A model generated the notes under the pieces. That model was not told the DNA's origin. It searched no databases and was given only the letters and a program-made list of their open reading frames with translations. The position numbers were made by a program, and so were the translations under genes. A stretch of DNA of 64,000 bases, taken from Podarcis vaucheri (lineage: Eukaryota). Below, piece after piece: positions 24,291 through 35,298 of this stretch (positions are counted from its first letter, which is position 1; the number at the start of each line of letters is the position of its first letter). The stretch lies in assembly GCA_965113315.1 (NCBI GenBank), contig OZ220372.1. The stretch is one strand, 5' to 3'.

Positions 24291-26489
24291 GTGTGTGAGA
24301 GAGACAGAGAGAGAGAGAATATAAGCTCTACATGCTGGTTATCTCTGTCAGAAAATGTTGATATGTGAAGTGGACCTTACAACTCCATAGCTAAATGAGA
24401 ATTTTTGATACACAGTAGTTCCCAGTGTATATATATATTGATATTAGTTGTGGGGAGTAGAGTCCCCTAAAAGTCCTGGGTACCAACAATTTCGTAAGTT
24501 AGTAAATGTAGATTACTAAATGCTTGAAGTCTTCACCCAGGTGTGAGACAGTTTAGCAGTGTGGAAATGCAGGCTGAATCAGTTTCCTAGCCAGGGGAGA
24601 AGAACCATAATGCAGTAAAAGGAAGGCAATGGGCGACTGACCCAGTTACCCTATGCTGAAGCAGAAGAGTATGAGCCCCTCCTCCCGTGAGGGGATGGGG
24701 CACAGATACAATGGCCAAGTTTAGGATTTCAGTGTCTGATGCTGTAAGCTGGGAGGGGGAGTTCCAAGTGCACAGTGATGGTAGACTGAAGGGGAAATTG
24801 TAGTCTTTTTAAAAAAATAATAAAAAGAGGCCTTTTAAAATTTGAAAAGCCAGGCAGGAGGAGAACTTTGAGCAGGCTGGCAGAGGCAAGCTGGAAGAGA
24901 TACACAGAGGTGGTGCTTTGGGTGCCTTTTAATCCAATGCGGTGCTCCTGCAGGAAGCAAGCCCCTCCTGAGGTGTGAATGCTGGAAACTCCTTCAGTAG
25001 TAGACTCAGGTGTAAATAAACCATATTTCATAAATACACTACAGCCTCCGTTCTGCCTCCTTTCCGAAGGAAACACAAACCCCGGTTAAGTGCCAGGACC
25101 CCTGAAATCTTGTGCACCGCTCAGGAAAGACTGGGTTGGCCGGTAAAAATATATACACACTCTGACTGCACCTACATAAACTAAAATGTATGTGTGTCAG
25201 CATCACATATTTTAATTTGAACATTATTTTAATGGTTCTTTCTTTCATTATGGGAAAATATGGAGGTAATTGCTGTGATTTTTAGCGTTGCAGTTAAAAG
25301 GTCTTCCAGGGAAGCAGATGCAACAATAGTCACTATTTTCCTATTTTTCTTTTAATTTCTGTGCACTTTTTAGATTGGTGCGATCTATGTGTGGTTTTTT
25401 GTGTGATACTGTTTGTGATATGCATTGCTGTACTAATCCTGCAGCACAGAACTCTGCATGTTCACATGCAAATAAATCCTAGAGTCCAATAGGGATTGCT
25501 ACCAAGCGTGCAGAGGATTGCAGCCCTGATTTCTAAAATGAGAGCTACTACAGCTCAAACTTCCCTGAAAGACACATCCATTTGGTTGGAAGCCTTATCT
25601 CTACTCCAGGTTATCTGGGGCTTCTGTCTGAAGACCACTTCACGGATGGGATTTTTCTGATATAGAAATAATCTGCATCTACTGAAAAAAATGTGTAGAC
25701 TCAAAGAATTCACAAGTATCTATTTTTCAGTTTTTGGAAGCTTGCAACATGTCGAAACATGGCAAACTAAACAAGTAGTTTATACAATATGTATAAATGG
25801 GTGCCAGAGATTGTGTGGTTGTTACTACATTGAGATCTCTGCATAGAAAAAATGTCCTGTAACAACTTCCAGTAATCACTGTAAAAATGCTGCAGATTCA
25901 AAGGCAATTACGTCACATATTTCAAACCTGGCCTTGGCATTAAATAGCTATTATATTTACATATAGTCACTTCAGGAATTAATCATCTTCACCTATGACT
26001 GCATGGATCAGTGTACATTTCTTTTTGTGTCTTCTTCTGTCAGTATGCAAGAGTGGATAATGTTGCATGATGTGTATTCCATATTTTCATCTACCTATCA
26101 TGGTTGGTATGTTCTTTATCTATGTGGTGAATATGTCCCAGGAATAATGTGTGTGTATACATCTGAATGTATGTGTATCACATTGTGTTTGTTTATTCTA
26201 CATAACATCTGAAGTTTATGCCTATCAATATGTGTATGCTGTGAATGAACAGGTAATTATGCTGTCATTTTTAATGCAGTCACAGCCAACTATAGGGTCA
26301 CACCTCCCACCTTGACCTTTCACAGATATCTGCCACTCCTTTGCCACTGCTTTACCATTCACTTCCTAATCTGCCTGCCCATTTTCTGTCACCAGTCAGA
26401 CTTTGTACAAGTTAGTTCGTAATTTTACTGCAGTCCTAACCCCATCTGTTTTCTCTAACATGTTTCAATGGCATCCAACTTGGGCTGCT

Positions 26490-26740
26490 TTAACAGGGAA
26501 GTAGACAAATTCATGGAGGATTAGGCTATCAGTGGCTATCAGTCCCAATAATGGCATTCATAGTTCAGGTATCAGCCTCTGTATGCCTGTGAATGCAAAC
26601 TTTGGGGGATCATGAGTGGGACAGTGAAGTTGCAGTAATGTCCTGCTTGTGGGATTAGCATAGGCACCTGATTGGCCACTGTGGGAATACACTTTTGGAC
26701 AAGCTTGGACTTTAGTCTGATTCAGCAGAGCTCTTACGTT
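26490..26740 (+). mobile_element. Old CR1-type 3' end
   Basis: TAGACAAATTCATGGAGGATTAGGCTATC...GTCTGATTCAGCAGAGCTCTTA. Confidence 0.65.
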
Positions 26741-28401
26741 TTGAAGCCTCTTTGAAGTTCACCAACCCACATACCAAATTAACAGCAGGCATCTAATGAA
26801 TTGGAATGGGAAGAGAACAAAGGTCCAGATTATTAACCAGATTATTCCAGATCCAAGGATAGAAGTGGCTTTGTATGCTTTTCCCACATAGCCAAGTTGC
26901 CCAAGCTATTCAGGAACCATACTGTGATTTGAGAGGCCTACATTTTGTTGGATGTATTCTGTTGTTGGTTGATTGTACTACTTGTACACTGATTCAAGCA
27001 AGAGAAGTAGCAAATAGTGGTGGCATGAAGTAGAATAGATTAAAGAGGTGGCTGAAAATACATTTAATCAATGTTTGAGGAAAACTGAAGTCAAACTGTG
27101 CACCTGAGTACAGAAGACCTGGAGCTGCTGCTCCCCTTTCCTTGCTTTCATCCATCCCTATGTTTGGACTGCTTTGGAACTGGAGAATTTAGAGGCTAAT
27201 GGCATTTTCACAAATGAGGCTCTGGATGCCTTTCAATCGGATTCCTTCCAATGCATCATTTGTGAGCATTATTAAAGCAAAGCAGGAGAGAATCCTAGTG
27301 AGTGACATTAGCTCTCATGATGCACAATTTGCATTTCAGCCTTCCTATCCTATTTGCCTGAATAGGTGATTGCTACTGATGGAGAGGAAAGGCCAGTTTT
27401 AAAACTGTGTGTCCATTCCAGTTTGTGAAGATGTGGGGAAAGCTGCATTAAGTGTCCTATGACCACTGGCAACCTGCATTCTAATCACATATAGGGATAT
27501 TTTCACACGTGAAGCTTAAATAAGTTTGCATTGAATCTAAAACTCAGACCTTGGTAAGAATGTGCATCCAGTTTCCTTTCTGCGTTCTAAACTTCTCACG
27601 CCACATTCACTTCCTATGACACAAATAATAGGAGAGAGCTCCAAACTATATTTTAAGCGCCTCATCGAAACGTCTACAATTCGTGCATTGGAATGAGGAG
27701 CGAAACGCAACCGAGAATCACTGGAGAACCGAAGGTGCAGCTCAGGTGCATCCAGGAAAGTTCTCCGCAAGGCAAGCGCATCGCTCGAGGCCACCCATCC
27801 GCCGCCAGGCGCGGCGGCCACTGCGCGGGATCTCCGCAGCGCTGCCCAGCCCCGCCTGCCTGCCCCATGCGCGGCCTGCATGCCCTCCAGCAAAAGACGA
27901 AAAGCGTCCGATCCTTCCCGGGGCGTGCTGCGCTCTCATGTCCGCGCCCTGCGCTCCGCAGCGATCCTAAGGAAGGGATCTCTCCGGAGTCGAGGTGCCC
28001 TCGGCGAAGGGGGCGTGGGAAAGGCAATCCCGCCAAGCGCTCGGCAGTCCGCTCCGTCCCGCCAGCCTCGAACGCTTCTTGGCGGGAAAGCCCGAAGGGC
28101 GGGACGAGGGCACGGGTCCAACCCCGGTCCCCTGGCGCCGAAGCAGTGCCGCAAGGCAGGGGAGGAGGGAAGGAGGCGCCCGGCAGCAGCAGCAGCAGCC
28201 CCGCGAGCAGCCCGCACACCTGCCGGAGCGGAGGGAGGGAGCCCCGCCCCTTCCGAGGCAGCCAGCCACGCCCCCTCTGCCCCGGCACGCGGGCCCCGCC
28301 CCTCGCGCACACGCCCGCCCGCGCTCACTCCCCGCGCAGGTAAACTTTAGACTCCCACTCGCGGCGAGGGGGACGCAGGCCGATGTCACCGAGATCCTGA
28401 G

Positions 28402-28411
28402 CTATATATAG
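28402..28411. promoter_or_regulatory. Perfect MEF2 consensus site (also TATA-like)
   Basis: CTATATATAG matches YTAW4TAR; it is an isolated AT patch in GC-rich DNA. Confidence 0.5.
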
Positions 28412-30224
28412 ACGCGCCAGGCAAACGTGGCGGGAGGGGGATCCTCCCTCGCCCCCGCCCGCCCCTCCCTCCCCCGCCACCAAGGGTCGGGCGCGGAGCC
28501 GGGGACGGGAGAAGAGCGCCAGAGGAGCCGCGCTCCGTCTCCTGGCCCCGCCGCCCGTCTGCCCAACGGGGACCGAGGAGGAGGAGGAGGAAGGAGCCTC
28601 CGCTCCCCTCGGGGGCGCCAAGAGGCGCGGCAGCCTCCGCCGCCCGCCTCACCCCCGCGCGGTCCTTCGCCACCCGTCCCGCCCCAAGGCAGCCCGAGGG
28701 GGTGTGGTAGGCGCGGACGGAGCCAGCCCACCGGGCCCAGCGCCGTCCGTTGCTGCACGCGGCAGCCGCGATTCCCCGCCTAGGAATGCGAGCAGCCTCT
28801 CGCGGCTGCGGGGAAGGTGGGCAGCGCGGGGAGGCCGGCGGGGGCGGCGGGCAGGGAGCCCGAGGGAGCCCCTCTGGGGGGCGAGCCAGAGGGGCCTGGA
28901 AGGTGGCCATAGAAAAAGCCCCTCGGAGCCGCTGGGGCGGGGTGGAAGGAGGCATAGGGGCCCGGGGAGGCGGGGGCCCAGCACCGGTCCGGAGGGGCAA
29001 CCGAAGCGCAGGAGAGGGCAGCCCCCTCGGATGAATGGCGACTCCAATTCACGCCCTGGCTGGCGTTTCTCCTCCGGCAGCAACAGCAGCGCCTCGCCAT
29101 CCACACCCACTCGCGAGAGAGCCCGTCCTCCTTTGTCTTGCCACCATCTTACGGAAAACGAGCACGTCCAATTTCTCTCGTGCCTACACTGGGGGGGATG
29201 TGTGTCGCGTAGGCACCGCCGAGCAGCCAGAGAGCCATTTTGCATCTAGCGAGGAGCAGCTCGCTCGCGAGCGCGTGTGTGAAGTGGGTGGGTGGGTGGG
29301 TGGGGGGAGAGAAAGAAAGAGAGGCTGCGTGGCTCGATCAGAGAGGAGGGGGGGAAGAAGACGGAGACCTCGGGGATGAAAACCACCAGCCAGAAATGCA
29401 AACCCGAAGCAGCTTCCAATAAATAAATAAGGCCACCCAAGCATGCAGTGGGTTTTTGCAGCCGATCTCCTGGCGGGCTTGGACGTGGAGCAGCCCTCCT
29501 GCACCTGCCCACTCCCTGGGCCGGTGCCTGCTCCTGCCCCTTCTCTTGAGGGCAAGCCCCCTGGCGGCCAGTGGCCAGCAGCCTGTCCCGGGAGAAGCCG
29601 CCTCGCTGCATCAGGCCTCCCCCCCCCGCGCTCCGGGGCCTGCTGCCGCCGCTGCTGCTGCCACCGCTGCCTGCCACGCTCCAGCCAGACTGAATGCACC
29701 ATCTTGCCAGCCCACTACCATGTTGCACACTTCGATTGGCCGCCGGAGGAGGGCGAGGAGGCGGCTGCCAAGGCCAGGGGACTCGGGCATGCAGGGGGAG
29801 AGGCAAGTCCATCTTGATCCTGTCCTAGACACCTGCCTCCTGCCCCACCCCCCCACCCCCCTTTGCAAGCGCCAGAGGAGCCGCGACACCGTCGTGACAG
29901 GCGGGAAGCTGCCGGGGGGGGGGTGGCGGCGGCTTGCCTCCTTTTGCTCCATCTCATCTGAGGAGCCAAGCGAAGGAGAAATCAACATGTCTGCACTGCT
30001 CCCCATCTTAAAATTGTACCTGCTCTCCGAACAGCATGGCTGGCTCTTTTGTGAGCTTGAGCTACTGCTGCTGTGCGGGTGGTTCGTGCCATTCGTACAA
30101 ATGAGCCCCTAAACATGAGTTGCTACTTTTCCATGGCAGATTTTCCCTTCCCCACCCCCGCCACCCCCTCTTCACCTTTCCTGCAAAGAAAGAGAGAGGC
30201 GAAGTCCTTTTCCCCCCCTCCTAC

Positions 30225-30641
30225 CTTGGTTTGTAGAAGCAGAACCTCTAGGCGGACAGATTAAGGGAGTGAGCATGTTGGGAGTATCCAGTATCCTCTT
30301 CTTGCTTGCATATCCACATAAGAAGAATGAGGTTTGGGGAGCAAATGGGGAGGGGGCGATGCAATATGTTTCTAATTGGAGGGGGAGAAAAATCTTTTTC
30401 TTGCAAGAAGGCTCGGCTTTGGCAATCTTTGTGTCTTGAAGCGGTGCAAATGTAAAACGAGGTTGAGAGAGGGAGGGAGGGAGAGATCGGCTTCGAAGAT
30501 GAATCAGACCGTGTGGAGAGGAGGGTCATAAAATGCAGGATCCATAGAGATCATTTAAAAAAAAAAAACACCAAATCGTGATGGTTCTTCTAAGGATGCA
30601 GATAATACAATAGAATATATAAATATATATTCCTGTGAGCC
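30225..30641 (-). other. GRIN2B: GRIN2B last non-coding 5'UTR exon (~417 nt)
   Basis: Acceptor cttctactag|GGCTC (an alternative cag lies ~9 nt downstream) and donor ACCAAG|gtagga. The sequence ...TTCTTATGTGGATATGCAAGC...CAACATGCTCACTCCCTTAATCTGTCCG.CTAGAGG...TCTACAAACCAAG matches the mammalian GRIN2B 5'UTR as recalled; BLAST confirmation is needed. Confidence 0.85.
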
Positions 30642-30991
30642 CTAGTAGAAGGGGCTGGCTCTGGCTGTCGCGGATGTCGGTGCTGGTCCTCTGAGAAGCA
30701 TGGTTATTCCCCAGGCGTCCCCTCCTGAAAAGGAAAAAAGGGGGAGAGGGTCGGTATTGAGCTGGCTGCGAGAAAGACCGAATCGCTCCCGTAGCGAGGC
30801 ACTAGCACGTTTCCAAGAATGGCAAGGAAAACGCATTTCCCCACATCAGCCCCCACTAAAGGAATGGCCAACAGCTGGCACGGCTCTATAAATATTTCAG
30901 AGATGCTCTAGCTGTGCCGTTGCTGGGACGGGCACCGAGGCGAACTGGAGAAACGGGCGAGCGAGAAACCACCGAGAGAAGGAACCCCGTA

Positions 30992-30992
<1 letters not shown>

Positions 30993-31031
<39 letters not shown>

Positions 31032-31052
31032 ACACACGAGCGCGTGCGCACG
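30993..31052. repeat. (CG)n(CA)n alternating purine-pyrimidine tract
   Basis: Seen directly in the sequence. Confidence 0.9.
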
Positions 31053-31230
31053 ACAGCCAGCCCCCCACTCGCGAGGAACATTTCGCTGGCGAGCAAGTGC
31101 CGTTCCCAACCCCATCTGCATTGCTGCTGACATGTCGGCGGTCGCTTCCCCACCCCCCACCCCTCCTCCTCAACCCACCGCCACCCCCAACCCCCCGGGA
31201 ATGAATGGATGAAGGAATGAATGAATGGGA

Positions 31231-31262
31231 GGCGGGCGGGCGGGCGGGCGGGCGGGCGGGGG
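31231..31262 (+). repeat. (GGGC)n repeat, a potential G-quadruplex / Sp-KLF-EGR site array
   Basis: GGCGGGCGGGCGGGCGGGCGGGCGGGCGGGGG. Confidence 0.85.
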
Positions 31263-31441
31263 TCTCCGGGCTGAGCAGCGAGGCTGCATTTGGCTGCTCT
31301 GGAAAGGTGGCGGGGAGATGCACACGCGCCGCTGGCGGGCACGCGGGGCTGCTGCCCATCGCCCATCACCTGCAACGTGTGTCCACGGGAGCAATGGCAG
31401 CAGCATCTCCGGCAGCCCCTTCCCCGCCGTCCATCGGTTAC

Positions 31442-31520
31442 CTGTTAGCTAGGCGTTGTTGCATGCAGGGGAGGCGGATCGAGACCCGGGCTGCTTAGGG
31501 CACGGTCTTCCCAATCCCAG
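31442..31520 (-). other. GRIN2B: Probable upstream non-coding GRIN2B exon (or the 3' end of the first exon)
   Basis: Donor AACAG|gtaacc at 31441; candidate acceptor ttgctttttcag| at 31521. Confidence 0.6.
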
Positions 31521-31584
31521 CTGAAAAAGCAACGAGACCGCCAACGAGCCATCGTGTGCTAGAGGAGAAGAGCCCATTACGTAC

Positions 31585-31700
31585 CGGCAAGAGCCTCTTC
31601 CCACGAGCAACAACTGGCAAGTCCACTGGGGAGCTGCCTGGGCTGGGGTGGGTGTGTGGTTTTCTTTTTCCTTCCCCCCACTCACTCACTCCCTCTCTCT
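31585..31700 (-). other. GRIN2B: Candidate first non-coding exon / TSS region of GRIN2B (5' limit uncertain)
   Basis: Donor GCCG|gtacgt at 31584, positioned downstream of CRE-like sites within the CpG island. Confidence 0.4.
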
Positions 31701-31996
31701 CTCTCCTCCTTTTGGGGAGGGGGGCAGAGGGCCAGTGCAGATGGACCACGCTCGGGTCCGCGCAGCTCACACGCGGGGTCTTCTCGGAACGGGCGAGCGA
31801 TCGCTGCTCAGCGCAATCCGGAAGAGATGCCCGCGCGCATCGTCCTCCTCTGCAATCATAAATAACAGGAAAAATTAATCCCACGGAATTCCTCGGAGGT
31901 GTTGCTGGTGGTGAAAGGAAAGGAAGGTGAAAACTATGGCGAGAGAGAGAGAGAGAGAGAGGAGGAGGTGGGTGGGAGGAACCAAGGAGCCACGTC

Positions 31997-32004
31997 TCAC
32001 GTAA
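31997..32004 (-). promoter_or_regulatory. CRE / PAR-bZIP-like site TTACGTGA
   Basis: Plus-strand TCACGTAA; a second CRE-like site, CGTGACGT, lies at 32283-32290. Confidence 0.45.
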
Positions 32005-33299
32005 GGTGGACCCTCTGGGGCGCAAGGCAAAACGCTCCTGGGGACCCAAGGGGGGAGGTCGGGGCGGTGGGCCGGGGAGGGTCACTCTCCCAGGCGCCCG
32101 CCTACGAAGTCTCCAGCATTCACACGCATCCACGCCATGAATCTGGTTCTGTACAAGTGTGTGCGCGTGTGTGCGCGCGCGCGCCCGCGTTCAGCCTCGA
32201 AATGGAGGCGGAGGAGGCATTTCTTCTTCTGGGCCTGGCTTCCTCGCCTCGCTTGCTGAGCCACTGGCTGAGACAGCTGCCAACGTCACGTAGCCCGAGG
32301 GCAGAAGCGCCGGCTTCGCCCAGCCTCTCAGCGCCTCCTACTGGCGACAGCGGAGAATCGCGAGCGGCGCCCGCGAGCGGGATTGGGGGGCAATCGGTGA
32401 CCCCGGCCAGGCTGGGCCTCCGCTCGCCATCCCGGAGAAAACTCCCCTTCTCGAGAGCTTCTCAGGATGTTGGCGAGGAAAGAGCCTCACTGAGGTTTTC
32501 CTTCTTGCCTTCCTTCCCCGCGGGGCTTGCTGCTGGTGGAGCTTCCCTAGCTCCGATCCCGAGATCGGTGAAGAAAGGCAGGCGGTGGGGAGGCCAGCAG
32601 GAGACCCACGCGGCTATTCTGCAATTAAGGCCGGCACATTCATGGCCACACTCAAATTTAAGTAGCCAAGTGGTGGGAAGAAAGCTGAAAAGACGAGTCA
32701 GGCTCCTTCCCCACACGAGGTTCCGCTCTCCCCAAATGAAACAGAGCAGTAGCATTTAGGCAGTAGCATTTAGCTCTGGATCTGAGCATCCTCACACCTG
32801 TGGAAAACTTCTTCCCACACCTCTGGATTGTATTATTACCATTATTTATTAAGTTTGTATACCACCCTTCATCTGCAGGTCTCAAGGCGGTTCATGAAAT
32901 ATAACAAGATGAAAACAAGAAATCGATGTAGACCATATTAGTTAAACAAAAGTAACTGCCATCCCTTCATAGTCTGTAGGGCTGCACACTCAAAATCACT
33001 GACTATATAGGAATTCCACCTTCATCCATAATACGCACTCAAAAGGTGCAGAAAGTTCACCTACCTACAAGTTTCTAATCAGCATAACTGGGTGCCTGTG
33101 ACTATGGGGTGGGTTCACACAGACCCCTGACATTTCCAGTACACACAAACACACACCTCAGTGCTACACACTGTTCTCAGTAGATTTAGACACACCGAGC
33201 TCTGTACAGGATTGAGCCCCCCAAGATCGCAAGTGCTTCCCCCACATATAGAACATGTTTTGTGACCCCAGGTCTACACACGGGTATCATCCATATGCT

Positions 33300-33540
33300 C
33301 ACCTTATTTCTTTCTTTCTTTTTCTTTTTTTCTTTCTTTCTTGTTTGTACCACCCCTCATCCAAAGATCAAAGGACAGTTAACAACATAAAAATACAAAA
33401 TGTTAACACAAAATACATAACAAAACGAGAACAACCCAATAAACCCCACTCCCACAAACACATTTAAAAGGCCGTAGAATGTTTAATCTGCCAAAGTTCT
33501 GGTGACAGAGAAACCTTTTCACTTGGTGCCTGTTCCACCA
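33300..33540 (-). mobile_element. L2 3' end fragment
   Basis: (TTTC)n tail and TTTGTACCACCCCTCATCCAAAGATC terminal motif. Confidence 0.5.
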
Positions 33541-34053
33541 TGTCACATGTTACACCAGTGCAATCACACGTGTCAGGCACTTCGCATTTGTGTGCGCATG
33601 AAGTCAGAGACCAAAAGCCATCAGTTATGAAGGAGGGGTGGGTGGCCAAAAGGGTCAACTTCCAATTGGAGAGGATCTTGAATGGTTCACTCAGTTTGCA
33701 AGTTAATAGAAAACTATTTAGCACCAGGCCAGGACTCCACATGAGTTAGGCAAGGCAACAAAGCAGCACCTTCCTTGTCCTAGCAGACAAAAGCCTTTCT
33801 AAGAGGGCAAGGGGTTTAGGCTTGATTCTGGTTTTGCTCATTTCAGTTTTCAAGATCTCTGTTATGGTAATATTTTTTCTTCCAGAAACTAAGAAGGTGA
33901 TGGGACATTTCCAAGGAATTCTGCTACAAGGAACAGACAGACACCAGGAATGGCAACTCAGCCCCACGACTGTGGCTGTCTGGGGCCGTGGGTGCCATGC
34001 AGGGTGCCCTGGCACTGAAATTTGTGGGTGCCCGGCCCCTTCATGGGGAATTT

Positions 34054-35298
34054 GTTTTCAATTTTTTAAAATTGATTTTCCAAAAATTTTAAAACAAACA
34101 AACAAACATAAATCTTATCTATACTTAATCCAATCTTCATAACATTATTAGGTAACTTCCTCTAATTCCCCTGGCTGAATTTCTGTGTATATCATTGTAA
34201 CAGTTTTCCAAAACTAATTTCTCATAAAATTAACTTAATCAGTTAACATCATTCTTTCTTTTCATTTTGACTTTAAACATTTTATTCTCTACCATCACGT
34301 ATTTAAATCATAAACCTATCTAGTATTTGCAAGTATCCCCAGTTAAGTTATCTTAGCATATTTAACTAACTAGTCTTTAAATTTCATCCATTCCTTCTGG
34401 TCCTCCTTCTCCTTCTGGTCGCGGACTCTTCCGGTCAGGTCGGCTAGCTCCGAAAAGTCCATCATCTTCATCTGCCATTCCTCCACTGTTGGGACTTCTT
34501 GTGTTTTCCGGTTCTTAGCTAACAAAATTCTAGCTGCAGTTGTGGCATACAAAAACAATCTTGCATCTTTCTTGGGCAATTCCAAGTTTATTATTCCAAG
34601 AAGAAAGGCCTCTGGTTTCTTAATAAATGTATATTTCAACATTTTTTTCAATTCTTTATAAATCTTCTCCCAGAAGTCTTTCACCTTGGGGCAGGTCTAC
34701 CACATATGATAAAAGGTACCTTCTTTTTCTTTACATTTCCAGCATAGATCACCACTATTATGATATATCTTTGCTAATTTTACAGGAGTTAAGTACCATC
34801 TACAGTGGTACCTTGGGTTACATACGATTCAGGTTACATATGCTTCAGGTTACATACGCTTCAGGTTACAGATTCCGCTAACCCAGAAATAGTACCTCGG
34901 GTTAAGAACTTTGCTTCAGGGTGAGAACAAAAATCGTGCAGCGGCAGCGCGGCGGCAGCGGGAGGCCCCATTAGCTAAAGTGGTGCTTCAGGTTAAGAAT
35001 AGTTTCAGGTTAAGAACGGACCTCCAGAACGAATGAAGTACGTAACCAGAGGTACCACTGTATACATCATTTTCATAATATTTTCCTTTAACACCGTACA
35101 TGCAGTGAACTTGACCTCTTTCCTCCACAACCTTTCCCAATCTTCAAACATTATGTTATGACCCACATCTCTTGCCCAATCTATCATCACAGATTTAACT
35201 TGTTCGTCCTTTGTATGCCACTCCAACAATAAATTATACATTTTAGACAAGTTTTTAACTTTAGAGTCCAACAATTCCATTTCCAGCTTAAGTTTTTT
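34054..35298 (-). mobile_element. 5'-truncated L1-clade LINE (ORF2 C-terminus plus 3' UTR) with a 16-bp TSD
   Basis: CCTTCATGGGGAATTT at 34038-34053 and 35299-35314; reconstructed ...KMMYRWYLTPVKL... and CWKC..EGTFYHMW*TC zinc knuckle; ORF 34370-34684. Confidence 0.9.
34803..35060. mobile_element. Tc1/mariner-pogo (Tigger-like) MITE inserted in the L1
   Basis: TA|CAGTGGTACC...GGTACCACTG|TA with internal TTCAGGTTA repeats. Confidence 0.92.

Larger units (their letters stand above)
1..30224 (-). other. GRIN2B: 5' part of the long GRIN2B intron between the last non-coding exon and the first coding exon (which lies left of the window)
   Basis: Begins at the GT donor at 30224 (minus strand AAG|GTAGGA). 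No GluN2B N-terminal coding sequence is recognisable in the ORF track. Confidence 0.8.
27650..32730. promoter_or_regulatory. GRIN2B: Large promoter CpG island of GRIN2B
   Basis: ~5 kb with very high GC and CpG content, no transposons, and the non-coding exons inside it. Confidence 0.9.

Noticed and set aside
23179-24298. ORFs of 130-216 aa in the intronic CpG island
   Set aside because: Same GC-content artefact; no protein family similarity.
29184-29702. MVHS... ORF resembling the start of POU2F2
   Set aside because: Only four residues match and the locus is identified as GRIN2B.
27537-32759. Many long overlapping ORFs (up to 286 aa) in all six frames
   Set aside because: They are low-complexity Arg/Pro/Gly/Ala-rich translations, expected from stop-codon scarcity in a CpG island, with no recognisable domain.
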